Below are positions 9,879 through 19,494 of a DNA stretch of 64,000 bases, piece by piece. The stretch spans positions 5,003 through 69,002 of the forward strand of contig SVST01000014.1 in NCBI GenBank assembly GCA_015064155.1. The letters run 5' to 3'. The position numbers and the translations under genes are program-made. The notes under the pieces were generated by a model. The model had not been told where the DNA came from. It saw nothing but the letters and a program-made list of their open reading frames with translations, and did no database searches. Numbering within the stretch: the first letter of the stretch is position 1; each line of letters opens with the position of its first letter. Origin of the DNA: Oscillospiraceae bacterium (lineage in GTDB: Bacteria; Bacillota; Clostridia; Oscillospirales; CAG-272).

Positions 9879-10366
9879 AATTTTCAGACTATTATCTTGC
9901 CCCCGCATCACGGGTTATCGCAAGCTTTCTCGGAATCCTATCGGGGCTCACCGTCGGTTTATTTACCACGTGGCAATACGGGGTGTTGGCAGGCGGAGTG
10001 ATTGCAATCGTTGCGTCCGTTTTGATTCCGTGGAAGGTCTGGCGCGAGGAAAAGCCCTATAATTTGTTGAAAGAAAAAATCAAGGGCCCCTTTTTGATCG
10101 ACAAGCGGGTACGCTTTTCAATCAAGGGCGGCAGTGTGGGCGGCTACTTTATTTTGACCGACGAAAGTATGATCTTTTTGTCGGTGGAGGATGGCGAGCA
10201 TCGCCTGGAGTTTTCCAAAAACGACGTGGAGTCGGTTGTGCTGGGAAACGACATGACGGTGAAGGTCTACCTCAATGACAAGCAATTCGTTCGTATGATG
10301 TCCAATATGGTGGAAGAAATCGGGGAAATTTTGCGCCGCAACGGTTGGCGCGTTCGTTCCGAGTAA
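9875..10366 (+). CDS. Hypothetical membrane protein (two N-terminal TM helices plus a small cytoplasmic beta-rich domain)
   Basis: The start overlaps the rdgB stop (ATGA). Two hydrophobic segments (VIASFLGILSGLTVGLF, GVLAGGVIAIVASVLI). No recognisable catalytic motif. Confidence 0.5.
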   Translation: MKFSDYYLAPASRVIASFLGILSGLTVGLFTTWQYGVLAGGVIAIVASVLIPWKVWREEKPYNLLKEKIKGPFLIDKRVRFSIKGGSVGGYFILTDESMIFLSVEDGEHRLEFSKNDVESVVLGNDMTVKVYLNDKQFVRMMSNMVEEIGEILRRNGWRVRSE

Positions 10367-10402
10367 ACGCTTCCCGAAAGATCAAACAGAAAGAGAAAAA
10401 CA

Positions 10403-10699
10403 ATGATAACATCAAAACAAAGAGCCTATTTGCGCGGACTTGCAAACGAGCTACCCGCGATCATGCAGATCGGAAAGGGCGGCTTGAACGAGAATATGCT
10501 CAAGACCTTTTCGGATGCACTTGAGGCAAAGGAGCTGATTAAGCTTCACGTTCTGGAAAACAGTGGGTATTCTCCAAAGGAGGCATTGTCGGCACTTGCC
10601 GAGGCACTGGGTGCCGAGCCGATTGCCGCAACGGGAAAGAAGATCGTTTTGTACCGTGCCTCCGAAAAGAAACCCGTGATCGATCTTAGCGGTATATGA
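10403..10699 (+). CDS. yhbY: YhbY-like CRM-domain RNA-binding protein (ribosome assembly)
   Basis: 98 aa. LTSKQRAYLRGLAN...IMQIGKGGL...ELIKL pattern of YhbY/CRS1. Lies upstream of nadD as in other Firmicutes. Confidence 0.8.
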   Translation: MITSKQRAYLRGLANELPAIMQIGKGGLNENMLKTFSDALEAKELIKLHVLENSGYSPKEALSALAEALGAEPIAATGKKIVLYRASEKKPVIDLSGI

Positions 10700-11298
10700 C
10701 GCGGATCGGTATTTTCGGCGGAACCTTTTCACCGCCGCACAACGGACATCTGCAGGCGGCAAAGCTGTTTATGGAGCAGATGTGGTTGGATTTTTTATAC
10801 GTGATTCCTACGGCACTACCTCCCCATAAGGAGATGGATGTTGCCGTTTCGGCAGAACACCGTCTTGCCATGTGTCAACTGGCATTTTCGGGTATGGAGG
10901 GCGTTTACGTCAGCGATTTGGAGATCCGTCGCGGCGGACGCAGCTATACGGTGGACACGCTGCGCGAGCTTTCGGGGGAGGATCGCAGGCTGTTTCTCTT
11001 GTGCGGAACCGACATGGTGCTGACGCTTGATCAGTGGCGCGCTCCCGAGGAGATTTTCAAGCTTTGTTATCCCGTCTATATCCGCCGCGATAAGGATGCG
11101 TCGTTGGATCTGCCGTTGATCCAAAAAATTGCCGCATATCGCGAAAAATACGGAAAAGTGGTTCGAAAAATCGTCACCGAGCCGATTGAGCTTTCCTCCA
11201 GTGACGTCAGACGCGCCATTGAGGGTGGAGAGGACATTTCGGGCTTGGTTCCGCCGTCGGTGAAAAAATACATTACAGACAATCATTTGTACGTTTGA
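10696..11298 (+). CDS. nadD: Nicotinate-nucleotide adenylyltransferase
   Basis: IGIFGGTFSPPHNGH (the (H/T)xGH nucleotidyltransferase motif). ATGA overlap with yhbY. Confidence 0.9.
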   Translation: MTRIGIFGGTFSPPHNGHLQAAKLFMEQMWLDFLYVIPTALPPHKEMDVAVSAEHRLAMCQLAFSGMEGVYVSDLEIRRGGRSYTVDTLRELSGEDRRLFLLCGTDMVLTLDQWRAPEEIFKLCYPVYIRRDKDASLDLPLIQKIAAYREKYGKVVRKIVTEPIELSSSDVRRAIEGGEDISGLVPPSVKKYITDNHLYV

Positions 11299-11319
11299 AT
11301 CGAAACGGGGTGAAGCATA

Positions 11320-11961
11320 ATGAAAGAGATCAACGAAGCAATGCTGGCATCGTTGCGTGAACGTGTTCTGCCAAGCATGTCGGCAAAGCGGTTCCGTCAT
11401 ACGGTGGCAGTGGAGGATATGGCGGCGCGACTTGCGTCGCTGTACTGTCCCGAGCATACCAATCGGCTTCGCGCTGCAGCGTTGCTGCACGATTTGACCA
11501 AGGAACTGTCGCTTGACGAGCAGATATCGCTTTGCGATGAGCTTGGAATTTCGGTAACAGACTTTGACCGTCTGTCACCCAAAACCCTTCATGCACGTAC
11601 GGCAGCGGCAAAGATTCTTTTGGAATATGAGGATTTTTCGGATCCCATGATTGTCGACGCGGTTCGTTGGCATACCACGGGTCGCGCGGATATGACGCTT
11701 GCCGAAAAGCTTTTGTATCTTGCCGATTATATCGATCTTTCCCGCACCTTTGAAAATTGCGTGATTCTGCGCCGTTATTTCTTCGGAGCAGACCCCGAAA
11801 AGCTGGATATAACGGGAAGAGAAGTCTTGCTTCGCGACACCTTATTGCTGTCCTTTGATATGACGATTCGCGATCTGCTTTCGGAGGGCGCGCTGATTGC
11901 GCCCGATACGGTGAACGCAAGAGATGCACTTCTTCTTGAAAAAAAGAGGACTGACGCTTGA
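11320..11961 (+). CDS. yqeK: HD-domain protein YqeK (bis(5'-nucleosyl)-tetraphosphatase family)
   Basis: RFRHTVAVEDMA ... LLHDLTKE HD motif. Conserved position after nadD. Confidence 0.8.
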   Translation: MKEINEAMLASLRERVLPSMSAKRFRHTVAVEDMAARLASLYCPEHTNRLRAAALLHDLTKELSLDEQISLCDELGISVTDFDRLSPKTLHARTAAAKILLEYEDFSDPMIVDAVRWHTTGRADMTLAEKLLYLADYIDLSRTFENCVILRRYFFGADPEKLDITGREVLLRDTLLLSFDMTIRDLLSEGALIAPDTVNARDALLLEKKRTDA

Positions 11962-12008
11962 CCGTTGACCGATCTTACTACATATTTTGATGGATAGTGA
12001 GGTCGGTT

Positions 12009-12971
12009 ATGAGAAAAAAAGATCGTATATTCCGGTTGGTAATGACATTTTTTGTGTTGAGCGTTTCGCTCACCTCTTGTCACACACCAACCTATGCCAC
12101 CGAGGATTCCTTTTCCGCGGGGCAAAGGGATTCGGGCGTGACGCGTTTTTTGGTCATGGGACGTGACGCTGCGGCGGGACTGACCGACAGTATTTTCGTG
12201 GTGACGTTGAATGATGCAACACGGCAGGCAACGGTTCTGCAGCTTCCGCGTGATACCTATGCGGAATACACGACGCGCGACTACAAAAAGCTCAACGCTG
12301 CCTTGAATACGTTGGGAGCCTCCGAAACCAAACGCTTTCTTTCGCGTGCTTTGGGGGTGCGGCTTGATTATTTTGTAACGCTTGATCTTTCCTGCGTGCG
12401 CCGCTTGGTGGACGCGGTGGGAGGCGTGGACGTGGTTTTACCGCAGGAGATGCACTATTCCGATCCCGAGCAGGGACTTGAGATCAATTTGCCGCAGGGT
12501 GCCGTGCATCTGGACGGCAAGGGAGCCGAGCAATTGGTTCGCTTTCGGTCGGGATACGTCAATGCCGATCTTGGCAGATTGGACGCGCAAAAGTTGTTTT
12601 TGCAAGCCTTTGCCAAATCCTGCAAAAAGCTGTCCGTAGGCAGTCTTTTAAAAATCACGGGAGTGGTGCTGACGCGCGTGCAAACCGATATCGATCTGCC
12701 AACAGCCATTCAAATTGCCACCAAATTGCAAACCTATGATACCGACTGCATCCCCATGGCAACGCTTTCGGGGAGCGCAATACGGGGAAACAGTGGGGCA
12801 TGGTACTACGTACTCAACAAAAAGGGTGCCTCTCTCATGATCAACGAATACTGTCTTCCCCAAAAAATATTGACAGAAACCGAGTTTGATCCCGACGGTA
12901 TCTTCGACCGCGAGGATCATCCCGATTTTCATAAACTTTATACCGCCGAGCCGACAACGGACGGCGGATAG
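12009..12971 (+). CDS. LytR-CpsA-Psr (LCP) family cell-envelope phosphotransferase
   Basis: ATG at 12009 with a GAGG SD (the GTG at 11997 is less likely). N-terminal TM segment, then LVMGRDAAAGLTDSIFVVTLN...LQLPRDTY and RFRSGY...DLGR, which are LCP motifs. Confidence 0.8.
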   Translation: MRKKDRIFRLVMTFFVLSVSLTSCHTPTYATEDSFSAGQRDSGVTRFLVMGRDAAAGLTDSIFVVTLNDATRQATVLQLPRDTYAEYTTRDYKKLNAALNTLGASETKRFLSRALGVRLDYFVTLDLSCVRRLVDAVGGVDVVLPQEMHYSDPEQGLEINLPQGAVHLDGKGAEQLVRFRSGYVNADLGRLDAQKLFLQAFAKSCKKLSVGSLLKITGVVLTRVQTDIDLPTAIQIATKLQTYDTDCIPMATLSGSAIRGNSGAWYYVLNKKGASLMINEYCLPQKILTETEFDPDGIFDREDHPDFHKLYTAEPTTDGG

Positions 12972-12988
12972 CGAATACCGAGGAAAGG

Positions 12989-13414
12989 ATGTTTCAAATG
13001 GAAGATTTGATGCAAAACTCGTTGCCTCCTCTGCAGGATGCAACACCTGAAGAGCTGGCGCACGCGATTTTTGATATTCTGGATGCCAAAAAGGGTCAGA
13101 AGATCAAGGTGCTTCGCGTGCATGACCAAACCGTGATTACCGATTATTTCGTGATCTGCACGGGTAATTCCTCCACGCAGGTCAAATCGCTTGCAGGCGA
13201 GGTCGAATACAAACTGGGACTGCGCGGAGTAGATCCGTTGCATTTTGAGGGACGCGATAACAACGGTTGGATCGTGCTGGATTACAGCTCGGTCATCGTT
13301 CACATCTTCAGCCGCGAGAACCGCGATTTTTATCAGCTTGAAAAACTTTACGGCGATGCCACCGAGATTGCTTTCGTTGGAATCGACGATCAGATTGGAG
13401 AAGAGAAACAATGA
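12989..13414 (+). CDS. rsfS: Ribosomal silencing factor RsfS (Iojap)
   Basis: TDYFVICTGNSSTQVKSLAGEVE ... WIVLDYSSVIVHIF is the RsfS core. Confidence 0.85.
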   Translation: MFQMEDLMQNSLPPLQDATPEELAHAIFDILDAKKGQKIKVLRVHDQTVITDYFVICTGNSSTQVKSLAGEVEYKLGLRGVDPLHFEGRDNNGWIVLDYSSVIVHIFSRENRDFYQLEKLYGDATEIAFVGIDDQIGEEKQ

Positions 13415-15813
13415 AGTACGATTTTAGACAGATCGAGCCGAAATGGCAACAAAAATGGGAGGAAGCCGAGGCGTTCAAGGCGCAGGATTTCTCCGAAAAG
13501 CCCAAGTACTACAACTTGGTGGAATTCCCGTATCCCAGCGGAACGGGTATGCACGTAGGACATATCAAGGCATATTCGGGTCTTGAGGTCGTTTCGCGCA
13601 AAAGACGGATGCAGGGCTATAACGTTCTGTTCCCGATCGGCTTTGACGCGTACGGTCTTCCCACCGAAAACTCCGCGATCAAAACCGGTCTTCACCCCCG
13701 TGTACTGACCGACCGCAACATCGAAAAGTTTACATCACAGCTGAAGAGAGTCGGCTTTTCGTTCGATTGGTCGCGCGTTGTGGACACCACCGAGGAAAAC
13801 TATTACCGTTGGACGCAGTGGATCTTCCTCAAAATGTTTGAAAAGGGTCTGGTGTTCCGTGATATTGCACTGGTAAACTATTGCCCGAGCTGTAAGGTCG
13901 TTTTGTCGAACGAGGATTCACAAGGCGGTAAGTGTGATATTTGTCACAGCGATATCGTGCAGAAATCCAAGGCGGTTTGGTATCTTCGCATCACCGAGTA
14001 TGCCGACAAGCTCCTTTCGGGTCTTGAAACCGTTGATTACCTGCCCAACGTCAAGCAGCAGCAGGTGAACTGGATCGGTAAATCCACGGGTGCTTTCGTG
14101 AATTTCTCGCTCAAGGAGATCGACGAAAAGCTTCGTATTTATACCACGCGCCCCGATACCTTGTTCGGTGTAACCTTTATGGTTATCGCGCCCGAGCATC
14201 CCATTATCGAGGCAAATCGCGACAAGATCCGCAACATCGATGCGTTGGATGCTTACCGCGAGGAATGTGCCAAGAAGACCGAGTTTGAGCGTACGCAGCT
14301 GGTCAAGGACAAGACCGGTGTTTGCATCGACGGTCTGACCGCGATCAATCCCGTAAGCGGCAAGGAGATTCCGATCTATATTTCCGACTACGTTATGATG
14401 GGCTACGGCACCGGTGCGATCATGGCAGTGCCTGCGCACGACGAGCGTGACTGGGAGTTTGCAACCAAGTTCGGAATCGATATTATTGAAGTCATCAAGG
14501 GCGGTGACATCTCCAAGGCGGCTTACGCAGGCGACGGCGAGATGGTTAACTCCGACTTCCTGAACGGCTACACCAACAAAAAGGATTCCATTGCACGGAT
14601 GCTGGAATACCTGGAAGAAAAGGGTGTTGGCGAAAAGGGTGTTCAGTACAAGATGAAGGACTGGGCGTTTAACCGCCAAAGATATTGGGGCGAGCCGATC
14701 CCGATCGTGCATTGCGAGCATTGCGGCATAGTTCCCGTTCCGTATGACGAGCTGCCTCTCAAGCTGCCGCCCGTACAGAATTTTGAGCCGGGTGAAGGCG
14801 GCGAGAGCCCCTTGGCAAAGCTGGATTATTTTGTAAATTGCAAGTGTCCCAAGTGCGGAAAGGATGCAAAGCGTGAAACCGATACCATGCCGCAGTGGGC
14901 AGGCTCCTCCTGGTACTTCCTGCGCTATATCGACCCCAAGAACGAGGGCGCGTTTGCCGATCCCGAAAAGCTGAAATACTGGATGCCGGTTGACTGGTAC
15001 AACGGCGGTATGGAGCACGTTACAAGACACATGATCTATTCGCGCTTCTGGCACAAGTTCTTGTACGACCTCGGGGTTGTTCCTTGCGAAGAGCCTTATG
15101 CAAAGCGTACCGCGCAGGGCTTGATTCTCGGTCCCGACGGAGAAAAGATGTCCAAGTCGCGCGGAAACGTGGTTGACCCCAACGACGTTGTGGACGTGCT
15201 GGGTGCCGACGTTCTTCGTACCTACGTGCTGTTTATGGGTGACTACGGAAGCGCGGCTCCTTGGAACGAAAGCTCGATGAAGGGCTGTAAGAGATTTTTG
15301 GAGAGAATTGCCGATCTCACCGATCTGATGCAGGGCGAGGGCGTAACCCCCAAGCTGGAAACCGCATTCCACAAAACCATCAAGAAGGTTTCCTTGGATA
15401 TTGAGGATCTGAAGTTCAATACGGCGATTGCATCGATGATGACGTTGCTCAACGATATCGCAGCGGTTGGTTCGATCACGCGTGACGAGCTGATGACCCT
15501 TGTCCGTTTGGTATGTCCGTTTGCTCCGCACTTGGCAGAGGAAATGTGGGAATATCTCGGTGGCGCAGGTCTTTGCTCGCTTGCCGCATGGCCCGAATGG
15601 GATGAAAACAAGACGGTTGACAGCACGGTAGAGGTTGCGGTGCAGGTCAACGGTAAGGTGAGAGGCACGATCGCGTTGCCCGTGAACTGTCCTAAGGAGG
15701 AGGCGATTGCCGCTGCGAAGGCAGACGAAAAGATTGCCGCCGCGATCGCGGGGAAGACGGTTGTAAAGGAAATCAGCGTTCCCAATAAGATCATCAATAT
15801 CGTGGTAAAATGA
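13411..15813 (+). CDS. leuS: Leucyl-tRNA synthetase
   Basis: 800 aa. HVGH (HIGH) and KMSKS class I motifs and the CP1 editing domain. The start overlaps the rsfS stop. Confidence 0.95.
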   Translation: MKYDFRQIEPKWQQKWEEAEAFKAQDFSEKPKYYNLVEFPYPSGTGMHVGHIKAYSGLEVVSRKRRMQGYNVLFPIGFDAYGLPTENSAIKTGLHPRVLTDRNIEKFTSQLKRVGFSFDWSRVVDTTEENYYRWTQWIFLKMFEKGLVFRDIALVNYCPSCKVVLSNEDSQGGKCDICHSDIVQKSKAVWYLRITEYADKLLSGLETVDYLPNVKQQQVNWIGKSTGAFVNFSLKEIDEKLRIYTTRPDTLFGVTFMVIAPEHPIIEANRDKIRNIDALDAYREECAKKTEFERTQLVKDKTGVCIDGLTAINPVSGKEIPIYISDYVMMGYGTGAIMAVPAHDERDWEFATKFGIDIIEVIKGGDISKAAYAGDGEMVNSDFLNGYTNKKDSIARMLEYLEEKGVGEKGVQYKMKDWAFNRQRYWGEPIPIVHCEHCGIVPVPYDELPLKLPPVQNFEPGEGGESPLAKLDYFVNCKCPKCGKDAKRETDTMPQWAGSSWYFLRYIDPKNEGAFADPEKLKYWMPVDWYNGGMEHVTRHMIYSRFWHKFLYDLGVVPCEEPYAKRTAQGLILGPDGEKMSKSRGNVVDPNDVVDVLGADVLRTYVLFMGDYGSAAPWNESSMKGCKRFLERIADLTDLMQGEGVTPKLETAFHKTIKKVSLDIEDLKFNTAIASMMTLLNDIAAVGSITRDELMTLVRLVCPFAPHLAEEMWEYLGGAGLCSLAAWPEWDENKTVDSTVEVAVQVNGKVRGTIALPVNCPKEEAIAAAKADEKIAAAIAGKTVVKEISVPNKIINIVVK

Positions 15814-15817
15814 TTTG

Positions 15818-16414
15818 ATGAAGCAAGAGATCGTAATTTGCACGCAGGACGTGGTGTTCGGGCGGATGCTGGAATTGGAATTCTCCTTTCACGGTTGCTC
15901 GGCGCAAACTGTGGGGAGCGTTCCCGTGGGGACGGTTGCCGACGTGGTGCTGCTCGATTTGGACAGTGCCGCGGCACCGCCGCCCGACAGCTACCGCAGA
16001 ATGATCGGCTTTACGCGGGGAAGAGCCTTGTCGGAGGACCGTACCCGTCGTCAATGCGCGATGATTTTGCACCGTCCTTTTGAGGTGCGGCTTTTGCTCC
16101 GCGAGGTGTTGGGAGAGGACGAGGAAGGGCAGGCTCCCGACTCGTTGCCCCTGCCGAGCTTTTCATCCACGGGCGGAAAGCTTTTGCTTGGCGGACGGGA
16201 ATTGTCACTCTCTCCGACCGAGGAAAGAATTTTGCGCTATCTCTTGGCGCACAGAGGCGAGGCGGTTTCGCGCAGTACGCTCTCGGAGCTGATCGGTGCC
16301 TCGTCCGCAAACAAAACCGACGTCTATATCTGCTACCTGCGCCGTGAGATCGCCAAGATCACACCCGTGAATCTGATCGTCACCGTGCGCGGTAAGGGAT
16401 ATATGGTAGAATAA
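15818..16414 (+). CDS. OmpR/PhoB-type winged-helix regulator with a degenerate receiver-like N-domain
   Basis: The C-terminus LSPTEERILRYLLAHRGEAVSRSTLSELI...DVYICYLRREI...IVTVRGKGYMV is a Trans_reg_C domain. The N-domain keeps VVLLDLD but lacks the N-terminal acidic DD pair. No kinase gene is nearby. Confidence 0.65.
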   Translation: MKQEIVICTQDVVFGRMLELEFSFHGCSAQTVGSVPVGTVADVVLLDLDSAAAPPPDSYRRMIGFTRGRALSEDRTRRQCAMILHRPFEVRLLLREVLGEDEEGQAPDSLPLPSFSSTGGKLLLGGRELSLSPTEERILRYLLAHRGEAVSRSTLSELIGASSANKTDVYICYLRREIAKITPVNLIVTVRGKGYMVE

Positions 16415-16416
16415 TT

Positions 16417-16460
16417 AAAAAACGAGAAAATTCATTTTTTTGAATATTTCTCGTTTTTTT
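16417..16460. terminator. Intrinsic terminator (A-tract / hairpin / T-tract, potentially bidirectional)
   Basis: aaaaaacgagaaaattca-ttttt-tgaatatttctcgttttttt sits immediately after the regulator stop. Confidence 0.7.
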
Positions 16461-16461
16461 A

Positions 16462-16490
16462 TTGACATTTGATAATTGGAGTGCTATAAT
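16462..16490 (+). promoter_or_regulatory. Sigma-70 type promoter
   Basis: TTGACA (16462-67), 17 nt spacer, TATAAT (16485-90). About 150-nt leader before the ATG at 16643. Confidence 0.6.
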
Positions 16491-16642
16491 CAAATTGCCA
16501 TAAAACATATTGGATTTTGTAAAGAGCAGGGAAGATGCTTGAAAGGAGGTTAATTGATTCTTATTTTGTAACTTTTGCAAAACAATGTGGATTGTGGAGC
16601 TGGCTATGAATAAAAAAACAGTATTAGTTAGGAGAAAGAAAA

Positions 16643-17284
16643 ATGGCAAAAATGAAAAAATTTATTGTGTTGAACATTATTTCCGCAGTTTGTATTGCAA
16701 TCACGTTTCTTTTGTTGCTGACAACGCCGATTAGTTACGTGGAAAAAGAAACAGAAATGCCTGTCCATGCCATAAACGAGGTTTCGTATAAGGATTACAT
16801 TGGAAATGTGAAAGAACTCTCTGAGCCGTTGCAAACGACTGCGGATGCCATTGCTAAGATGAATAATGGATCGGCAGGATTCTTTTGGACGATTGCACCA
16901 ATGAGTTGTTGGATTGGTTTTTTGTTTGCTATTATAGCACTTCTTGAAGGAATTGCAGGTTTGATTATTTCGGTTGTTGGGATTTTCGTTGGACTTGCGG
17001 GATTGAAGAGCAAGAAACTGCAATCGGAAGCAAATGCCGACAAATCGGGACTTGGTTTTGTCACAAAGCTTGTAGGCTCTTTCCCGGTGACGGCATATCT
17101 TTCCATTGCCCTCCCTCTGTGGTTGATGAATCTTGCGTATAATTCCAATCAGTATACTAAGGGCTTGTCGTTGTCCTTGAAATTCTCCGGTGTGAACTTT
17201 TTGGTAGTAATGATCGTGATGATTATTGTTTCCATTGTGGCTCCTATCGTGGTAAATAAACTGTTCCCCGATTCCGATAACTAA
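16643..17284 (+). CDS. Hypothetical multi-pass membrane protein (AT-rich gene)
   Basis: AGGAGA SD 7 nt upstream. Four to five hydrophobic segments. Visibly more AT-rich than the flanks (hand count about 42% GC in one 60-nt line versus about 57% in a leuS line). Confidence 0.55.
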   Translation: MAKMKKFIVLNIISAVCIAITFLLLLTTPISYVEKETEMPVHAINEVSYKDYIGNVKELSEPLQTTADAIAKMNNGSAGFFWTIAPMSCWIGFLFAIIALLEGIAGLIISVVGIFVGLAGLKSKKLQSEANADKSGLGFVTKLVGSFPVTAYLSIALPLWLMNLAYNSNQYTKGLSLSLKFSGVNFLVVMIVMIIVSIVAPIVVNKLFPDSDN

Positions 17285-17297
17285 TTGAACGAAATAA

Positions 17298-17338
17298 AGA
17301 AAGCTCCCGAAGTCAACCGACTTCGGGAGTAGCTTTTT
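17298..17338. terminator. Bidirectional intrinsic terminator between convergent genes
   Basis: aaagctcccgaagtc-aacc-gacttcgggagtagcttttt. Confidence 0.75.
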
Positions 17339-17344
17339 GCTGTC

Positions 17345-19309
17345 TTAATAGCCAAAAAGGTAATAATAGTTATGGTAAAAGCACCAACGACAGCATTCAT
17401 AGTAGTCCACGAACCATTCGTACAAGGGTGCGTCTTCCATTTTGTTGTAAAGATTGTAGAGGTCATCTTCACTCAAATTGACAATATCCCGGGTATCGGA
17501 GGGGATAGAAGGCATCGCGGCATCCTTGGTAAATACGAACGCGAGCTCGCCCGAAAATTCTTCGTCGTCACCGATCTTGATCGATTTCAGTGTGACGGTA
17601 GCCGTTTTTCCTGCCGTTTCAACGGTGCCGTTCAAGGAAACGTTGGTGAGTTCATCGTATCTGTCGGTCAAGAATTTGCTGGGGGTTACTTGGAAATTGA
17701 AGTCACCGGAGGCTTTGCTGTAGGTGTAAACGATATTGCCTAAGTTTACCGTTATATCCTCTGTTCCTGCCGTTGCAGAGAGCGTATAGGTCACTGCTTC
17801 GTCCGTGGTTGCTTTGTTTACCTCGGCGCTAAGCTTGTAAGGGACGTAGATGATTTCGTAGGTTTCCCAATCGTATGCAGGATGCGTTACCGTGAGGTTG
17901 GCGGCGAGCTTGTCGGCAGAAACCGTGAGCGCACCGTTGATGGAGGTCTTATATTCGGGATAGTCAGTGTCGGTCAGGTCACCGTCGATTCCGACGGAAA
18001 CAAGTTGGGTATTTTCCTTGTTGATGCCCAGCTTGACCGTGAAATTCACCGCGGTTTCTTCGAATAACGACTCTACCCATTGGTTCAAGGCGTCGTTCAT
18101 ATTTTCGGGAGCGTCTTCCTCAAGGTAGTCGTCGGGGAACAGTTCACTATAAGAGGGATCAAAGGTGGCGATTACCCACTCTGAATTGGGAATCACATCA
18201 GTAAACATATCGGGTGTCGAGATAATCACCGAAGCTTCAGATGCTTCGCAAGGCGCCCAAGGCACCCAAGACACCGAAGGATCGGTTGTCCAAGAGGGAG
18301 AGAGCGAGATAGGTGGCTCAACGTATGAAACGGGAATTTCTGTTGTCCAGGTGGGCTCGTAGTCGGTTGACACGTAAGGATAGTAGTCCGCAGTCCAGTA
18401 AGGCTCGTAGTCGGTTGTCCAGTAAGGATAATCGGATGTTGCGTAAGGATAGTCCGTCGTCCAGTAAGGATAATCGACCACCTCGTCGTCAAATTGAATG
18501 TACGGAATCTTTTCCAACAACTCTCCGAAGGAAAGCTCCGCGGCTTTTTTGATCAGGGCTTTCAGGGTGTCACTTGTGATGGAGTAGCTGACGGTTACAC
18601 CGTTAATTTCCTTGCCCGTGGAATCCGTTATTTTTTCCTCAGCATACGAGGGATTCAGCGTTTTCAAAAGCTCGTTGAGCTGTGCGGCGGTTTGCGCGTC
18701 TGTCTTTTCAAACGCTTCCTTGAAGGCATCCGCCAGCAGATCAAGCACCTCTTGCATTTCTTCGTCTATCTCAAGCTCGCACAGCTTTGCCAACGCACTG
18801 CCGGATAAGCCGGAGGCAAGCGTTTCGGGATTGAGCTTGAAGGCGGATTCGCTGCCGAACAGATCCTTGGCCTGCAGAACAATACCGCTTTTGTCGATCC
18901 AAGAGAGCATCGACGACACGTCACCGTCAACCGCGATATCGGCTTGGACAGCGAATTTCTTGTCCTTTTGGTTGAAATATAAGGTTGCGGAGTTGTTTTT
19001 AAAATCCTCACCCAGTGAATCTAACTTCAAAGAAATTCCAAGCGAGCCGTTATCCAACGCACCGTTGATGATTTCTTCGGCTTTTGCATCGTCGGTAAAG
19101 AACGCGGACAAACCCTGATCCATCGCCTTTTGGAGTGCGCTGTACGGATCGTTTTCCAGTTCTTTTAAGGTGATGCTTGATTTTTGCGGCTTTTTGGCAG
19201 CTTCTTCTTCGGTTGTATCGGTTGGAGTGCTGTCTTTTTCGGCGCAGCCGACGAGCGTGCCGCAAATCAACAGACACAAAATCAACAGCCAAGCAGTCAT
19301 TTTTTTCAT
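17345..19309 (-). CDS. Lipoprotein of unknown function with an aromatic DYPYWTT-type repeat block
   Basis: ATG at 19309 preceded by AAGGAGG. MKKMTAWLLILCLLICGTLVGC is a signal peptide plus lipobox (LVGC). Residues around 18340-18480 encode DYPYWTTDYPYATSDYPYWTTDYEPYWTADYYPYVSTDYEPTWTT. Confidence 0.7.
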   Translation of the reverse strand: MKKMTAWLLILCLLICGTLVGCAEKDSTPTDTTEEEAAKKPQKSSITLKELENDPYSALQKAMDQGLSAFFTDDAKAEEIINGALDNGSLGISLKLDSLGEDFKNNSATLYFNQKDKKFAVQADIAVDGDVSSMLSWIDKSGIVLQAKDLFGSESAFKLNPETLASGLSGSALAKLCELEIDEEMQEVLDLLADAFKEAFEKTDAQTAAQLNELLKTLNPSYAEEKITDSTGKEINGVTVSYSITSDTLKALIKKAAELSFGELLEKIPYIQFDDEVVDYPYWTTDYPYATSDYPYWTTDYEPYWTADYYPYVSTDYEPTWTTEIPVSYVEPPISLSPSWTTDPSVSWVPWAPCEASEASVIISTPDMFTDVIPNSEWVIATFDPSYSELFPDDYLEEDAPENMNDALNQWVESLFEETAVNFTVKLGINKENTQLVSVGIDGDLTDTDYPEYKTSINGALTVSADKLAANLTVTHPAYDWETYEIIYVPYKLSAEVNKATTDEAVTYTLSATAGTEDITVNLGNIVYTYSKASGDFNFQVTPSKFLTDRYDELTNVSLNGTVETAGKTATVTLKSIKIGDDEEFSGELAFVFTKDAAMPSIPSDTRDIVNLSEDDLYNLYNKMEDAPLYEWFVDYYECCRWCFYHNYYYLFGY

Positions 19310-19441
19310 GATTTTTTCCTCCTTGAAATCTATGTGTGAATGATTGGGGCAACGCATAAAAAACGTTGCTTCACGCAGCGCGCACGACCCTTTTGCAAAA
19401 AAGCAGGATAGAAAGGTGGGCTCGTGCACCTGCACACGTTC

Positions 19442-19470
19442 ATTATAGCACTTTTTAAACGCATTGTAAA
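19442..19470 (-). promoter_or_regulatory. Sigma-70 type promoter for the lipoprotein gene
   Basis: On the minus strand: TTTACA, 17 nt spacer, TATAAT. Confidence 0.5.
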
Positions 19471-19494
19471 GGCTTTATCAAAAAAATCAAGCCA

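Noticed and set aside
13918-15843. 641-aa ORF antisense to leuS. Similar long antisense ORFs occur at 19524-20804 (vs phosphohexomutase), 25630-26787 (vs metK), 36258-37523 (vs gdhA), 45318-47228 (vs portal/X), 55185-56195 (vs asd), 59105-60742 (vs glpK) and 62696-63940 (vs carB).
   Set aside because: These are shadow ORFs typical of GC-biased codon usage opposite strongly supported genes. They have low-complexity, Arg/Leu/His-rich translations with no SD and no recognisable motifs.
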